Source: Candidatus Bathyarchaeota archaeon (GTDB lineage Archaea > Thermoproteota > Bathyarchaeia > Bathyarchaeales > Bathycorpusculaceae). From it: a stretch of 64,000 nucleotides of DNA. The notes beneath the pieces are model-generated. The model did not search any database. It saw nothing but the letters and a program-made list of their open reading frames with translations, and was not told where the DNA came from. A program made the position numbers and the translations under genes. Positions 1 to 10,187 of this stretch are shown here, piece after piece (position 1 is the stretch's first letter; every line of letters starts with the position of its first letter). The DNA is taken from NCBI GenBank assembly GCA_963832745.1, contig CAWHVC010000003.1:791451-855450 (forward strand), written 5' to 3'.

Positions 1-423
1 TGACACGTCGGGCAAATCATCCAGTAGCAAAGCTAAACCTCCAAGAGTAAAGAATCTTCCAGCAGTAACTTCAACGGTAGATGAGTCAACCAGAAACAGC
101 CTAAACAGGGAAACCGGAGTAAAAAATATGACAAAAAAAGCTGAGACAAACAGGACTATAAACCCGTAAACGTAATGGTGGAACAGGAGTCGCCCAGTAT
201 GCAATGCCCGGCCTATGCTTGCGCTTGGAAAAATGTTAACCAACCCCGCGATGATTATGAATATGAAGAGGTTGCCGTTTAACGCGTAAGGCGGATATGG
301 TTCAGTTGATGTAGAATAGTAATAGTTGAGGATTCCTATTACGCCGCCGATGGTTATGAGCGCATTTAGGATTAAGGCTATGCTGAAAGTTTTTTTAAGC
401 CACGTCATTACTGTGCCAGCCAT
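1..423 (-). CDS. multi-pass membrane protein, hypothetical (runs off window start)
   Basis: Manual translation from ATG at 423: MAGTVMTWLKKTFSIALILNALITIGG...GRLLFHHYVYG...LLLDDLPDVS, open to base 1, several hydrophobic segments; not in ORF track. Confidence 0.7.
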   Translation of the reverse strand, partial: MAGTVMTWLKKTFSIALILNALITIGGVIGILNYYYSTSTEPYPPYALNGNLFIFIIIAGLVNIFPSASIGRALHTGRLLFHHYVYGFIVLFVSAFFVIFFTPVSLFRLFLVDSSTVEVTAGRFFTLGGLALLLDDLPDVS

Positions 424-608
424 ATATCCTAAATCCCCTTTAATGATGGTTAGCCGTTTTAACGGATTAACTGTCTAGGCACCCAATAATAAACAACGCG
501 CAATTACACGGAAAAAATCCAAGGAAAAAACTATCGCAAACTAATACATAATTTATTATGCATAAATTCTTAAGCTAGAACTCTAAAGGCACAATAGAGG
601 TATCTCGC

Positions 609-1307
609 TTGAAGTTTGAAGTAAAATACAAACCATCCTACGCCCTGCTCGTCGCCAGCCTCGAACAAGGCGAAACAATCACCGCTGAATCCGGCGCCAT
701 GACCTACATGGACCCCACCATCGAAGTCCACACCCGTAAACGCGAAAGAAGCCTACTAGGCAGTTTAGGCTTAAGCATAATTGGCGGGCAATCCTTTTGG
801 GTTAACGATTACACAGCCACAAAAGGACCCGGAGACGCCGCGTTTGTAGCCGCACCAGTTGGAGACATCGAAAAACTTGATGTGGCACCCGGCAAAGGCT
901 ACATTATCCAAAAATCCGCCTACATCGCCTCAACGCCAGACATTAACTTGGACGTTAAATGGGAAGGCTTCACCAAAGGCTTATTCGGTCAAGGCTTATT
1001 CATGCTAAAAGCCACCGGCAACGGACCATTATTCATTAACACTTTCGGAGCCATAGACGTTCACACTTTAGCGGCAGGACAAACATTGATTGTTGACAAC
1101 TTCCACCTTGTCGGCTTCAGCGACACATGCAGCTACAAAGTAACCAAGTTCGGCGGTTTAAAAGAAACCCTGCTTGGCGGCGAAGGCTTCGTAACACAAA
1201 TCACAGGCCCCGGAGACGTACACATCCAAACAAAGAACCTGCAAGAATTCACAGAATGGCTCTGGACACTGCTTGAACCAAAAGTACGCAACACACGAAG
1301 CCGCTAA
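609..1307 (+). CDS. TIGR00266/AIM24 family protein
   Basis: AESGAMTYMDP, GGQSFWVNDY, GGEGFVTQITGPGDVHIQT motifs; TTG start after GAGG. Confidence 0.9.
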   Translation: MKFEVKYKPSYALLVASLEQGETITAESGAMTYMDPTIEVHTRKRERSLLGSLGLSIIGGQSFWVNDYTATKGPGDAAFVAAPVGDIEKLDVAPGKGYIIQKSAYIASTPDINLDVKWEGFTKGLFGQGLFMLKATGNGPLFINTFGAIDVHTLAAGQTLIVDNFHLVGFSDTCSYKVTKFGGLKETLLGGEGFVTQITGPGDVHIQTKNLQEFTEWLWTLLEPKVRNTRSR

Positions 1308-1366
1308 AAAAACAAGATTTAATACCTTCTTTTTATTTTTAAGCCCTAAAAAACTGGTGAAAAAGA

Positions 1367-1732
1367 TTGGGGAGCACACTAACGGGCGCTTTCGTAGGTT
1401 TTGTAGTTATTCTTGCTTTAGCATGGCTTTTCCCAGGCATCGGACACATTATAGGCGGTTTAATCGGCGGCTTCATAGCAGGAATCGTCGCAGGCGGCAT
1501 AATTAAAGGTCCAATCGCAGGCTTTTTAGCAGCTATCGGTGCAGGCATCATATTAGCAATCTTGGCGTTCTTGGGCGCAATTTACATTGGCGGAATCAAC
1601 TTTGGCTTCTTTGGTGCACTATTCGGTGGACTGTCAGGTTTAGGCGCAAGCATAGCTGCTTTGATTTTAGGCGGCATAGAAGGCATCATGGCAGCCATCG
1701 GCGGATTCGTAGGCGGCTTACTACACAGATAA
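1367..1732 (+). CDS. small Gly-rich membrane protein (DUF5518-like)
   Basis: 121 aa, repeated GxxxG hydrophobic helices; GGTGA before TTG. Confidence 0.7.
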   Translation: MGSTLTGAFVGFVVILALAWLFPGIGHIIGGLIGGFIAGIVAGGIIKGPIAGFLAAIGAGIILAILAFLGAIYIGGINFGFFGALFGGLSGLGASIAALILGGIEGIMAAIGGFVGGLLHR

Positions 1733-1764
1733 AAAAGGCAGGCTAAAGTAAGCCCAACATTTTT

Positions 1765-3309
1765 TTATCGATCTAAACTTGTCACTTTATCAGCCGTTGG
1801 TTTTTCTGGCACTTGGTCAAGAATCATTTTCTCTTCAGGCTTTTTGCTTAGTACAATCGGCTGAAGCTCTTTTGCCAACTCCAAGGCTGAGGCAAGCTTA
1901 CTGGCTCTGTCAGCGTGAATCTCAAGCAAAACCCCATCCTTGCGTACGGTATCTCCTATCTTAGCATGAAGTATTACACCTGCGCCTTTCTCTTTGGGCG
2001 TGCCAGCTTCACGTGCAATTCGGACAAGCGCGTCAGTGCTAAGCCAAAGTACTCTGCCAGTTCTGTCTGAACGTAAAACTTCATGGAACTTACCAACCGG
2101 CAAATCTTCAGGCTGAATTGTTGGGTCTCCGCCTTGGGCAGCTATGATTTCACGCATTTTCTTCTCAGCTTTGCCTGAATTTATCATGTCTTCGGCTATG
2201 GCGCGACCGTTCTGGGCGCCTACCATTTCAAAAAGCATTCCTGCAAGGCTAACTGCTTTTTCTCGCAGGTCAGGCGTGCCTGCACCCATCAAGGTTTGCA
2301 GTGCTTCTCTTGCTTCCAAAGCTGGTCCCATACTGCAGCCTAATGGTTGTTCTCCAAACGTTAAAGCGCAGTGAATGTTTAAGCCGAGGCGTTTTCCTAA
2401 GTCAACAAAGTCTGCTGCTAAATTGTAGGCTTCTGTTCGGGTTTTGATTTTGGCGCCCATGCCAGTTGGTATGTCTATTGCTACGTGGGTGGCTCCGATA
2501 GCTACCTTTTTGCTTAAAATCGATGGCAGAAGCAAGGGGTCAATACCCAATGGGTACTCAACTTGGATAAACAAGTCATCTGCAGGAGCTAACTCTAATG
2601 CGCCGCCCCAGACAAGGCAACCGTTGGTTTTTGCTACTACGTCTTTGATTTCGTCAAGTGACAGGTTAACGGGGCACAAGGTTTCGACACGGTCGGCTGT
2701 TCCGGCTGGTGAGGTGATGGCGCGTGAAGAAGTTTTGGGGATAGTGTATCCTGCCGCTGCAACTATAGGCACAACAAGCATGCTGGTTTTATCGCCGGGA
2801 ATGCCGCCGACACTATGCTTGTCAAGAATTGGTCCGGGACCAAAATTAAGCGATTTACCCGTTTCAATCATCGCCTTAGACATGCCCTCAGCTTCGCTCG
2901 TGCTTAACCCATAAATCTTCAAGGCAGTTAGAAACGCGGCGATTTCTACTGAGCTTAAGTGGCGTTCAACTACGTCTTGAACAATAGTTTTTAGGTCTTG
3001 TTCACGGAGTCGGTCGCCTCGTAGTTTGGCTCGTACGTTGATTAGTGACTCTGGTACGGGTGCAAGATTAACGGTGACTGTTTCGTCTCCTTTAACACCC
3101 AAGGCTATAGCGATTTCTTCGTACAGCCCAATGCGGTTCATGGGAAAATTGGCGGCAATGTTAGCAATTGCAATTGCCTCTTGTGTGCCGTAGGTTAAAC
3201 GTATTCTGTCGGAACTGTGCACGCCAAGAAGACTGGCGCTTTGTTCACTGAGAATGGCGATTCTGTTGCCGCCTGTTGTAATGTTTAGTACTTCAGCGAT
3301 GAGCTCCAT
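1765..3309 (-). CDS. deoA: AMP phosphorylase (thymidine phosphorylase family)
   Basis: DKHSVGGIPGDKT, KTSSRAITSPAGTAD motifs and archaeal N-terminal extension; 514 aa. Confidence 0.95.
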   Translation of the reverse strand: MELIAEVLNITTGGNRIAILSEQSASLLGVHSSDRIRLTYGTQEAIAIANIAANFPMNRIGLYEEIAIALGVKGDETVTVNLAPVPESLINVRAKLRGDRLREQDLKTIVQDVVERHLSSVEIAAFLTALKIYGLSTSEAEGMSKAMIETGKSLNFGPGPILDKHSVGGIPGDKTSMLVVPIVAAAGYTIPKTSSRAITSPAGTADRVETLCPVNLSLDEIKDVVAKTNGCLVWGGALELAPADDLFIQVEYPLGIDPLLLPSILSKKVAIGATHVAIDIPTGMGAKIKTRTEAYNLAADFVDLGKRLGLNIHCALTFGEQPLGCSMGPALEAREALQTLMGAGTPDLREKAVSLAGMLFEMVGAQNGRAIAEDMINSGKAEKKMREIIAAQGGDPTIQPEDLPVGKFHEVLRSDRTGRVLWLSTDALVRIAREAGTPKEKGAGVILHAKIGDTVRKDGVLLEIHADRASKLASALELAKELQPIVLSKKPEEKMILDQVPEKPTADKVTSLDR

Positions 3310-3387
3310 AAGCTAACCACCCTTATTTGATTGGTTTTGGGATAGTTAAAGATTTTAAGGCAACCAGATTTAAAAGTAAGCTAGAGT

Positions 3388-4620
3388 GTGACCGTTTTGA
3401 AGTATACGGACTTTGTTGATTTAAATTACAAACCAAAAGAAACCGATTTAATTTGCACATTCACTGTTGAACCCGAAGGCATAAGCCTCAAAGAAGCAGC
3501 AGGCGGCGTTGCAGCGGAAAGCAGCGTCGGAACATGGACCGAACTAACCACAATTAAACCGTATGTTGAAGAACTTGCTGCTCACGTCTTCAGTATCCAA
3601 GAAAACACCATCAAAATCGCATACCCAGTCGAACTTTTTGAAGACTCAAACATGCCAAACATCCTAAGCAGCGTAGCAGGAAACGTTTTCGGCTTAAAAG
3701 CATTAAAAAACTTGCGGCTTCTTGATATTCACTTTCCCAAAGAGCTTCTTGACGGCTTTTATGGTCCAGCTTACGGCATAAAAGGAATACGCAAACTCCT
3801 AAAAGTAGAAAAACGTCCACTTGTAGGTACAATAATTAAGCCTAAACTGGGTCTTAAAACGGTTGACCACGCCAAAGTCGCGTATGACGCTTGGTATGGA
3901 GGCTGCGACATCGTGAAAGATGACGAAAACCTAAGCAGCCAAACGTTTAACCCGTTTGAGGCACGCTTGACCAAAACTTTGGAGAGTCGTGACCGCGCCG
4001 AGAAAGAAACTGGTGAACGCAAGGTTTACATGATTAATGTTACCGCTGAAACTGACACCATGATTGAACGCGCACAAGCCGTGGAGGATCAAGGCGGCAA
4101 ATACGTGATGGTTGACATTTTAACCTGCGGTTGGTCAGCCCTGCAAACGTTGAGAAATCAAGAGTTCAAACTGGTTATTCATGCACACAGGGCAGGTCAT
4201 GCAGCTTTCACAAAGAATCCCCTGCATGGTATCGCCATGAAACCTATCGCCACGGTCGCTCGAATCATCGGTGTAGACCAACTACACGTGGGCACAGTGG
4301 TAGGTAAAATGTCTGAGACCAAAGCTGAAGTTGTGGAAAATATCGAAGCCTGCAAGTCAGAAATGGGCGAGATAAACCCTGTTTTGCCTGTAGCCTCAGG
4401 AGGACTCCACCCGCGATTGGTGCCTGCGCTTCTTGAAACCTTTGGCAATGACGTTGTTTTGCAGGCTGGCGGCGGAATCCACGGCAATCCGCTGGGCACA
4501 GTTTCAGGTGCGAGAGCGATGCGGCAAGCAGTCGACGCCACCTTGGAAGGCAAGACGCTTGAAGAATACGCCAAGACCCATAAAGAGTTGCAGGCAGCTT
4601 TAGACACTTGGAAAGCCTAG
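3388..4620 (+). CDS. rbcL: form III ribulose-bisphosphate carboxylase
   Basis: AAESSVGTWT, GTIIKPKLGL, DIVKDDE, HAHRAGH, loop-6 GTVVGKM, SGGLHP, QAGGGIHG. Confidence 0.95.
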   Translation: MTVLKYTDFVDLNYKPKETDLICTFTVEPEGISLKEAAGGVAAESSVGTWTELTTIKPYVEELAAHVFSIQENTIKIAYPVELFEDSNMPNILSSVAGNVFGLKALKNLRLLDIHFPKELLDGFYGPAYGIKGIRKLLKVEKRPLVGTIIKPKLGLKTVDHAKVAYDAWYGGCDIVKDDENLSSQTFNPFEARLTKTLESRDRAEKETGERKVYMINVTAETDTMIERAQAVEDQGGKYVMVDILTCGWSALQTLRNQEFKLVIHAHRAGHAAFTKNPLHGIAMKPIATVARIIGVDQLHVGTVVGKMSETKAEVVENIEACKSEMGEINPVLPVASGGLHPRLVPALLETFGNDVVLQAGGGIHGNPLGTVSGARAMRQAVDATLEGKTLEEYAKTHKELQAALDTWKA

Positions 4621-4823
4621 CCCGCTTTTCTTTTTTGGAGTAACCTGTTTTTTTAACTTTTTTCGCTATTAGTAATTACCTCATTAAGGATTTTTTTGCT
4701 TTAAGATAAATGGTGAGTTGAATGAATAACAGAAGGTAGAGTTTGTTGTGTCTATACGTCTAACAAGTAGACTTGTGGACTGAAAATCAATAATGTTTAT
4801 TACTATTCACTACAACAAAGGGC

Positions 4824-5456
4824 TTGGCGACCATCATGGAGAAAATTGAAGAAAGTGCACAGTACCTAAAAGGTTGCGCCAGCATTGAAACTCAAACCTT
4901 CAAACTCTACGAAACATTAGCCAAAAAAATTAACCATCCTGAAAGCAGTTTCATTTTAGGCTTTGCTTATGACAGCATAAAAAACGCCAAAATCATCCAA
5001 AGCATGCTCCAAACAATCGATTTGCCAGATGAGGATAACGAAAATAAAAAAACTGTGTCAGTACTTGCCAGCGAAGTCTACGCGTTTTCAAGAAGAATCG
5101 AAAAAACAAATAACGTTGACCAGAGAGGTCTTATTGAAATTTTCAAGGAATTAATTCGGCTTGAGGACCTTATAAGCAAACTTTACTCGGAGTACATGGA
5201 GTCAAGTTACCCTAAAGTTTTAGCTGAAGAAATGTCAAGGTTTGTTAAGTTGGATTTTGGGAATTTCAAGAAAGTTTTCGAGGGCTTTGTTGCTGAAAAG
5301 CAAAGTCACCGTGAAACAATGATTGAAATCGTTTACTGCGTTGAAGCAAAGGAAGCTGAACGACTCAAAAACTCGACGCCGACTGTTAAATACCAGAATC
5401 CTGACGCTTGGATTAACCAGTCATCACTTCACGTGTTCTCAAGAAACAATTACTAA
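4824..5456 (+). CDS. hypothetical protein, ferritin/rubrerythrin-like helical bundle
   Basis: Two E...LY helix repeats (IETQTFKLYETL, LEDLISKLYSEY) and terminal EKQSH; metal ligands partly degenerate. Confidence 0.55.
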   Translation: MATIMEKIEESAQYLKGCASIETQTFKLYETLAKKINHPESSFILGFAYDSIKNAKIIQSMLQTIDLPDEDNENKKTVSVLASEVYAFSRRIEKTNNVDQRGLIEIFKELIRLEDLISKLYSEYMESSYPKVLAEEMSRFVKLDFGNFKKVFEGFVAEKQSHRETMIEIVYCVEAKEAERLKNSTPTVKYQNPDAWINQSSLHVFSRNNY

Positions 5457-5560
5457 ACCCTTTTTTCATATCCAGTTTTTTGCGTGTTCGTTCGTGCGGT
5501 ATTGCCCGTTATAGTTTTATATTGAATCATCGTAAAACACGATAAAGAAGAGTATTTAGC

Positions 5561-7003
5561 ATGTCAGATACTGGAGTAACTGTAAAGAAAAATGTAGACT
5601 TCAGCGAATGGTACGTTGAAGTAGTCTTGAAAGCTGAACTTGCCGATTACGCCCCCGTAAAGGGCTGCATGATTATCCGCCCAGACGCTTACGCGGTTTG
5701 GGAAAAAATCCAAGAAGTGGTCAACCAAAAAATCAAAGCCACCGGCCACAGAAACACTTACTTCCCAATGTTCATTCCCGAAGCATTCCTCAAAAAGGAA
5801 GCTGAACATTTTGAAGGGTTCACTCCAGAAGTTGCATGGATCACACAAGGCGGAGACACCCCGCTTGAAGAAAAACTTGCAGTGCGTCCAACCAGCGAAA
5901 CCATAATGTACGCTATGTTTAACAAGTGGGTACGTAGCTGGCGAGACCTGCCTCTGAAAATTAATCAATGGTGCAACATTGTCCGTTGGGAAACCAAAGC
6001 CACAAAACTGTTTCTGCGAACCCGCGAGTTCCTTTGGCAGGAAGGCCACACAGCACACGCCACCGCCGAAGAAGGGGAAGCCGAAGTCATGTGGGCACTA
6101 AACATGTACAAAGACGTCATAGAAAACACCTTAGCCATTCCAGTATTGATTGGCACGAAAAGTGAAAGCGAAAAATTCGCAGGCGCCCTCTACACAACCG
6201 CGCTCGAGTCCATTATGCCAGACGGCAAAGCATTGCAAATGGGAACCAGCCACAACCTAGGCCAACACTTCGCCAAAGTCTTTGATGTAAAATACATCGG
6301 CGAAGACAAGCAAGACCATTATGTTTGGCAAACCAGTTGGGGCATTACGACACGGTTGATTGGCGCCATGATTATGGTTCACGGAGACGACAAAGGCTTG
6401 ATTATGCCACCAAAAGTTGCGCCAGTTCAAGTCGTTATTATTCCAATTCCATTTAAGGGTCTAGAAGCAGAAGCAATCGCCGCCAAAACAAAAGAAATTG
6501 CGGAGTTACTCAAAGCCAAAGGTGTAAGCGTAATCTTAGATGACCGCAACGAGTACACACCAGGCTGGAAATTCAACCAGTGGGAACTCAAAGGCGTTCC
6601 AGTGCGCATCGAACTTGGCCCACGCGACCTGAAAAACGGTCAAGTAGTCATGGTACGACGCGACACCAAAGAGAAACTGTTTGTCAAAGAAGCAGGCATC
6701 CCCGCCACAATCGAAAAACTGCTCCAAGACATACAAGACAGTATGCTCGCAAAAGCCAAAGCAATCCTTGCAGACAAAACCACAGAAGTACAGACTTATG
6801 ATGAGTTCAAGCAGGTTGTTGAAGGCAAAGGCGGATTCATCAAAGCAGCATGGTGCGGAGACCCAGCTTGTGAAGCAAAAATCAAGGAAGAAACAGGCGC
6901 AACAATCCGCGTTATACCCTTCCAGCGAGAAGAGCCAAAATCGGGTTGCGTGTTCTGCGGCAAAGAAGCAAAAGACACCGCCTATTTCGCAAGGTCTTAC
7001 TAG
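5561..7003 (+). CDS. proS: proline--tRNA ligase (archaeal/eukaryotic type)
   Basis: RPTSET, FLRTREFLWQEGHT, QTSWGITTR, C-terminal Zn site and FARSY. Confidence 0.97.
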   Translation: MSDTGVTVKKNVDFSEWYVEVVLKAELADYAPVKGCMIIRPDAYAVWEKIQEVVNQKIKATGHRNTYFPMFIPEAFLKKEAEHFEGFTPEVAWITQGGDTPLEEKLAVRPTSETIMYAMFNKWVRSWRDLPLKINQWCNIVRWETKATKLFLRTREFLWQEGHTAHATAEEGEAEVMWALNMYKDVIENTLAIPVLIGTKSESEKFAGALYTTALESIMPDGKALQMGTSHNLGQHFAKVFDVKYIGEDKQDHYVWQTSWGITTRLIGAMIMVHGDDKGLIMPPKVAPVQVVIIPIPFKGLEAEAIAAKTKEIAELLKAKGVSVILDDRNEYTPGWKFNQWELKGVPVRIELGPRDLKNGQVVMVRRDTKEKLFVKEAGIPATIEKLLQDIQDSMLAKAKAILADKTTEVQTYDEFKQVVEGKGGFIKAAWCGDPACEAKIKEETGATIRVIPFQREEPKSGCVFCGKEAKDTAYFARSY

Positions 7004-7116
7004 ACCAAAATTTTTTCCATTTTTTTAATTGCTAAAAATTTTAGTCTTCTTGTTTGCGTGGGCAAGATTTATTTTTTTCTCCACTATGTCTCTTGGGTAC
7101 AGGTCGGTAACTACCA

Positions 7117-8349
7117 TTGTCAAACGTTAAAGTAACTAAACGTGCAAGCAACATCGAATACGCCATTCGCGATGTAATAGTTCACACTAAAGACCTAATA
7201 AAGAACGGCAAAAAAATCTATTACCTAAACATCGGCGACCCAGCCGCATTCGACTTTAAAACACCTCCCAGCTTAAAAGATGCATTATGCAACGCCATCG
7301 CCAAAGAGGACAATTATTATTCACCTTCAGAAGGTCTTCCCGAGCTTAGGCAGGCAGTTGCAAATAAAGAGAAAAAAGTAAACAATGTAGACATTACAGC
7401 AGATGATGTCATTGTTACTGAAGGAATCTCGGAAGGCATTCAAATGCTGCTTGGCGCCATCGTTGAGAAAGGAGACGAAATTCTCTTTCCAGGCCCAACT
7501 TATTCACCATACATTTCCTACACCAAATTCTTTGACGGTACACCAGTCTCCTATGAGACAATCGAAAAAGAAGGGTGGCAACCCAACATTGAGGACCTGC
7601 GCAAAAAAATCACCGATAGAACACGCGCTATCGCCATAATTAACCCAAACAATCCCACAGGCGCAGTCTATGACAGCAAAACCATCAAAGCAATCCTTGA
7701 CATCGCAGGAGAACACAACTTACCGGTTATCAGCGACGAAATCTACGACCAACTAACATATGAAAAACCATTTGTTAGCGCAGCCAACGTCACTACTGAC
7801 GTTCCCGTCATCGGTTTAAACGGTTTTAGTAAAGTTTACCAGATGACCGGTTGGCGACTCGGCTACATGTACTTTAAAGGCGAAGGCGACAAGCTAAAGG
7901 CTCTTAAAGATGGTGTCGAGAAAGAGTGCAGAATCAGAATATGCGCTAACACGCCAGTCCAAATCGCGGCAACCGCAGCGCTTAACGGTCCACAGGACTT
8001 TGTCAAAGACATCGTTGAACGTTTAAAGCAACGCCGTGACTACAGCTGGAAACGTTTAAACGAAATCGAAGGCGTATCCACAACCAAACCTGAAGGCGCA
8101 TTCTATATTTTCCCCAAAATTGAAGACATAGGTAAACGCTGGAAAGACGACATGGATTTCGTAGTTTCATTGCTAAAAGAAACAGGCGTTTTAATCGTTA
8201 ACGGTTCAGGTTTTGACCCAGTTTACGGTAAAGACCATGCAAGAATCGTGTTCCTTCCGCCAGTTAACGAGCTTGAAAAAGCGTATGACGCACTTGAAGG
8301 CTTCGTAAAGAATGGGCATAGAGGGCGCGGTCACGTAGGCAAAGGGTAA
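7117..8349 (+). CDS. class I/II PLP aminotransferase (alanine aminotransferase-like)
   Basis: LNIGDP, INPNNPTG, ISDEIYD, NGFSKVYQMTGWRLGY. Confidence 0.9.
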   Translation: MSNVKVTKRASNIEYAIRDVIVHTKDLIKNGKKIYYLNIGDPAAFDFKTPPSLKDALCNAIAKEDNYYSPSEGLPELRQAVANKEKKVNNVDITADDVIVTEGISEGIQMLLGAIVEKGDEILFPGPTYSPYISYTKFFDGTPVSYETIEKEGWQPNIEDLRKKITDRTRAIAIINPNNPTGAVYDSKTIKAILDIAGEHNLPVISDEIYDQLTYEKPFVSAANVTTDVPVIGLNGFSKVYQMTGWRLGYMYFKGEGDKLKALKDGVEKECRIRICANTPVQIAATAALNGPQDFVKDIVERLKQRRDYSWKRLNEIEGVSTTKPEGAFYIFPKIEDIGKRWKDDMDFVVSLLKETGVLIVNGSGFDPVYGKDHARIVFLPPVNELEKAYDALEGFVKNGHRGRGHVGKG

Positions 8350-8410
8350 ACCCTTCAACTTTTTTAGAACTTTTTTGTTTCAACATTGTTTGAAAGAATT
8401 CTTTATCATT

Positions 8411-8460
8411 AGCACCTACCCTCTATAGGTTTCTGCATAGAACCTCTAATAGGCTCCAAA
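8411..8460. repeat. dispersed intergenic repeat family A, copy 1 (imperfect hairpin)
   Basis: 8414-8460 aligns to 15823-15870 at 42/48 columns; TAGCACCTACCC shared with 52631-52642. Confidence 0.75.
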
Positions 8461-8539
8461 AATTCTCTAAATTGAGTCTATTTAGCCATAGCCTGAATTA
8501 GTCAAGAAAGTTTGACGAATAAGTTTTTATCAGTTTCAA

Positions 8540-9088
8540 ATGTTTGAAGGTTCTATGAATAACAAGCGTTTAGGTATCACTATTCTGATATCCGCAGTTT
8601 TGTTGGTAGCTGCGTTTGCTGGCACTATAACGTACTTTCTTTCTGAAATAAACTCTTTAAACAAACAAATAATTGAACGCAACAGCGAAATTTCCGATCT
8701 AAACAGTCAAATAGCAAATCTAACAAAAAAACTGTCAACAGCAAACCTAACCGCTTCTTTAACTGTTGAAGATTACTCTGATTATTTTCTTTCTCTTGAC
8801 GGTTCAGTATCAAATATTGGGAGAGAAACTGCAACGAACGCTGGTTTACATGTAACGGGGTATGATGCACAGGGAGTATTGAAAATTAATGCTACAGTTC
8901 CTCTGGCTTTTCAAGAAGAGTTCAGTAATCCTTTTGGGAACTTGGAGGCAGGGGGCAGTTTAATTGGCGGCAGTCATTCGGTAACAAGTTTAGACGGCGG
9001 GCAGTCTGCTCAAATTCGTTTAGATATTGACCATACAGGGTCGGTTGCAAACTGGACAATTATTCCCATATGGACAACTACGGCTTAG
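8540..9088 (+). CDS. membrane-anchored exported protein (N-terminal TM, coiled coil, Ig-like C-domain)
   Basis: Hydrophobic N-terminus, heptads LNKQIIERNSEISDLNSQIANL, beta-rich tail. Confidence 0.7.
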   Translation: MFEGSMNNKRLGITILISAVLLVAAFAGTITYFLSEINSLNKQIIERNSEISDLNSQIANLTKKLSTANLTASLTVEDYSDYFLSLDGSVSNIGRETATNAGLHVTGYDAQGVLKINATVPLAFQEEFSNPFGNLEAGGSLIGGSHSVTSLDGGQSAQIRLDIDHTGSVANWTIIPIWTTTA

Positions 9089-9209
9089 CTAAAATTTAAC
9101 CAAGCAAAAAGCATCTAAACCCTAATACGCCAAATGGGTAGCACTGGAATTAAGAGTACATGACCAATAAATAATAATTATCCTATGATTTAAAAAAGAA
9201 AGAGAAAGT

Positions 9210-10094
9210 TTAGATTTTTGTGCCCTGACTTGGGTCACAGATTACTTTTTGGAATTCAACCATCAATTTTTTGGTGACTGGCCCCGGTTTGCCGTCGCCG
9301 ATTACGCGTTTGTTGACTTCACGTATTGGAGCCATTTCCATGGCGGTTCCAGTGAAGAATGCTTCGTCAGCAGTGAATAGCATGAACGGTGTCAGGTTGC
9401 ATATGTTGACTTTTATGCCGAGTTTAGCTGCGATTTGTGTGACAACTTCCGCAGTGATACCAGCTAGTGCGCCTGTTGATGTTGGTGGACTGAAGAGTTC
9501 GCCATCTTTAACGATAAACACGTTTTCGCCGACGCCTTCTGCAATGTAACCGTTGTTTTCTAGGCACATGGCTTCGTCAACGCCGTTATTGTTGGCCTCA
9601 ATTTTGGCAAGGATGCTGTTTAGGTAATTGAGTGATTTAACTTCGTGTGTGGTTGCGTCAACAGGGTTTCTTCGAACCCAACTGAACATTGTGGTTATGC
9701 CTGTCTCTTGAGCGTTGCCAGACTTGATTTTAATTGTATCCGCAATTACTATGACTGTTGGTTTGGGACATTTGCGTGGGTCCAAGCCTAAATCGCCGAC
9801 GCCCCTTGAAACCACGAGACGGATGTAGGAGTCTTTCATTTGGTTTTTGCGCAGGGTTTCTACTACGGCTTGAATCATTTCTTCCTTGGTTAATGGCATG
9901 TTTAGCATTATGGCGTGTGCTGAACGGTACAAGCGGTCAACATGCTCTTTAAGTTTGAAGACCACGCCGTTGTATGCGCGGATGCCTTCGAAAACGCCGT
10001 CTCCGTAAAGGAATCCGTGGTCATAAACGGAAACTTTTGCCTCTGATTTAGGATAATATTTGCCGTCTATGTATATTTGCAGTTCATTGGTCAT
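9210..10094 (-). CDS. ilvE: branched-chain amino acid aminotransferase
   Basis: YGDGVFEGIRAY, VKSLNYLNSI, EGVGENVF, LAGIT, DEAFFTGT. Confidence 0.96.
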   Translation of the reverse strand: MTNELQIYIDGKYYPKSEAKVSVYDHGFLYGDGVFEGIRAYNGVVFKLKEHVDRLYRSAHAIMLNMPLTKEEMIQAVVETLRKNQMKDSYIRLVVSRGVGDLGLDPRKCPKPTVIVIADTIKIKSGNAQETGITTMFSWVRRNPVDATTHEVKSLNYLNSILAKIEANNNGVDEAMCLENNGYIAEGVGENVFIVKDGELFSPPTSTGALAGITAEVVTQIAAKLGIKVNICNLTPFMLFTADEAFFTGTAMEMAPIREVNKRVIGDGKPGPVTKKLMVEFQKVICDPSQGTKI

Positions 10095-10187
10095 TTGTCT
10101 TTCACTTCTTGGATGCAGGTTTCTTATTGTTCAATGTTTGATATAGTTTATCACAATGATACGTATAGTTCATTTACGGTTAATTTA

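Noticed and set aside
2144-2914. Long antisense ORFs over deoA, and similar shadows over rbcL, proS, thrS, iscS, hel308 and fbp
   Set aside because: Fully overlap well-supported genes on the opposite strand and have no motifs
4753-4780. Overlapping short palindromes (ACAAGT-ag-ACTTGT) upstream of the ferritin-like gene
   Set aside because: Single short instance; could be an operator but indistinguishable from chance
8411-8460. Family A repeat as integron attC
   Set aside because: No clear RYYYAAC/GTTRRRY ends, no tandem cassette array, no IntI in window
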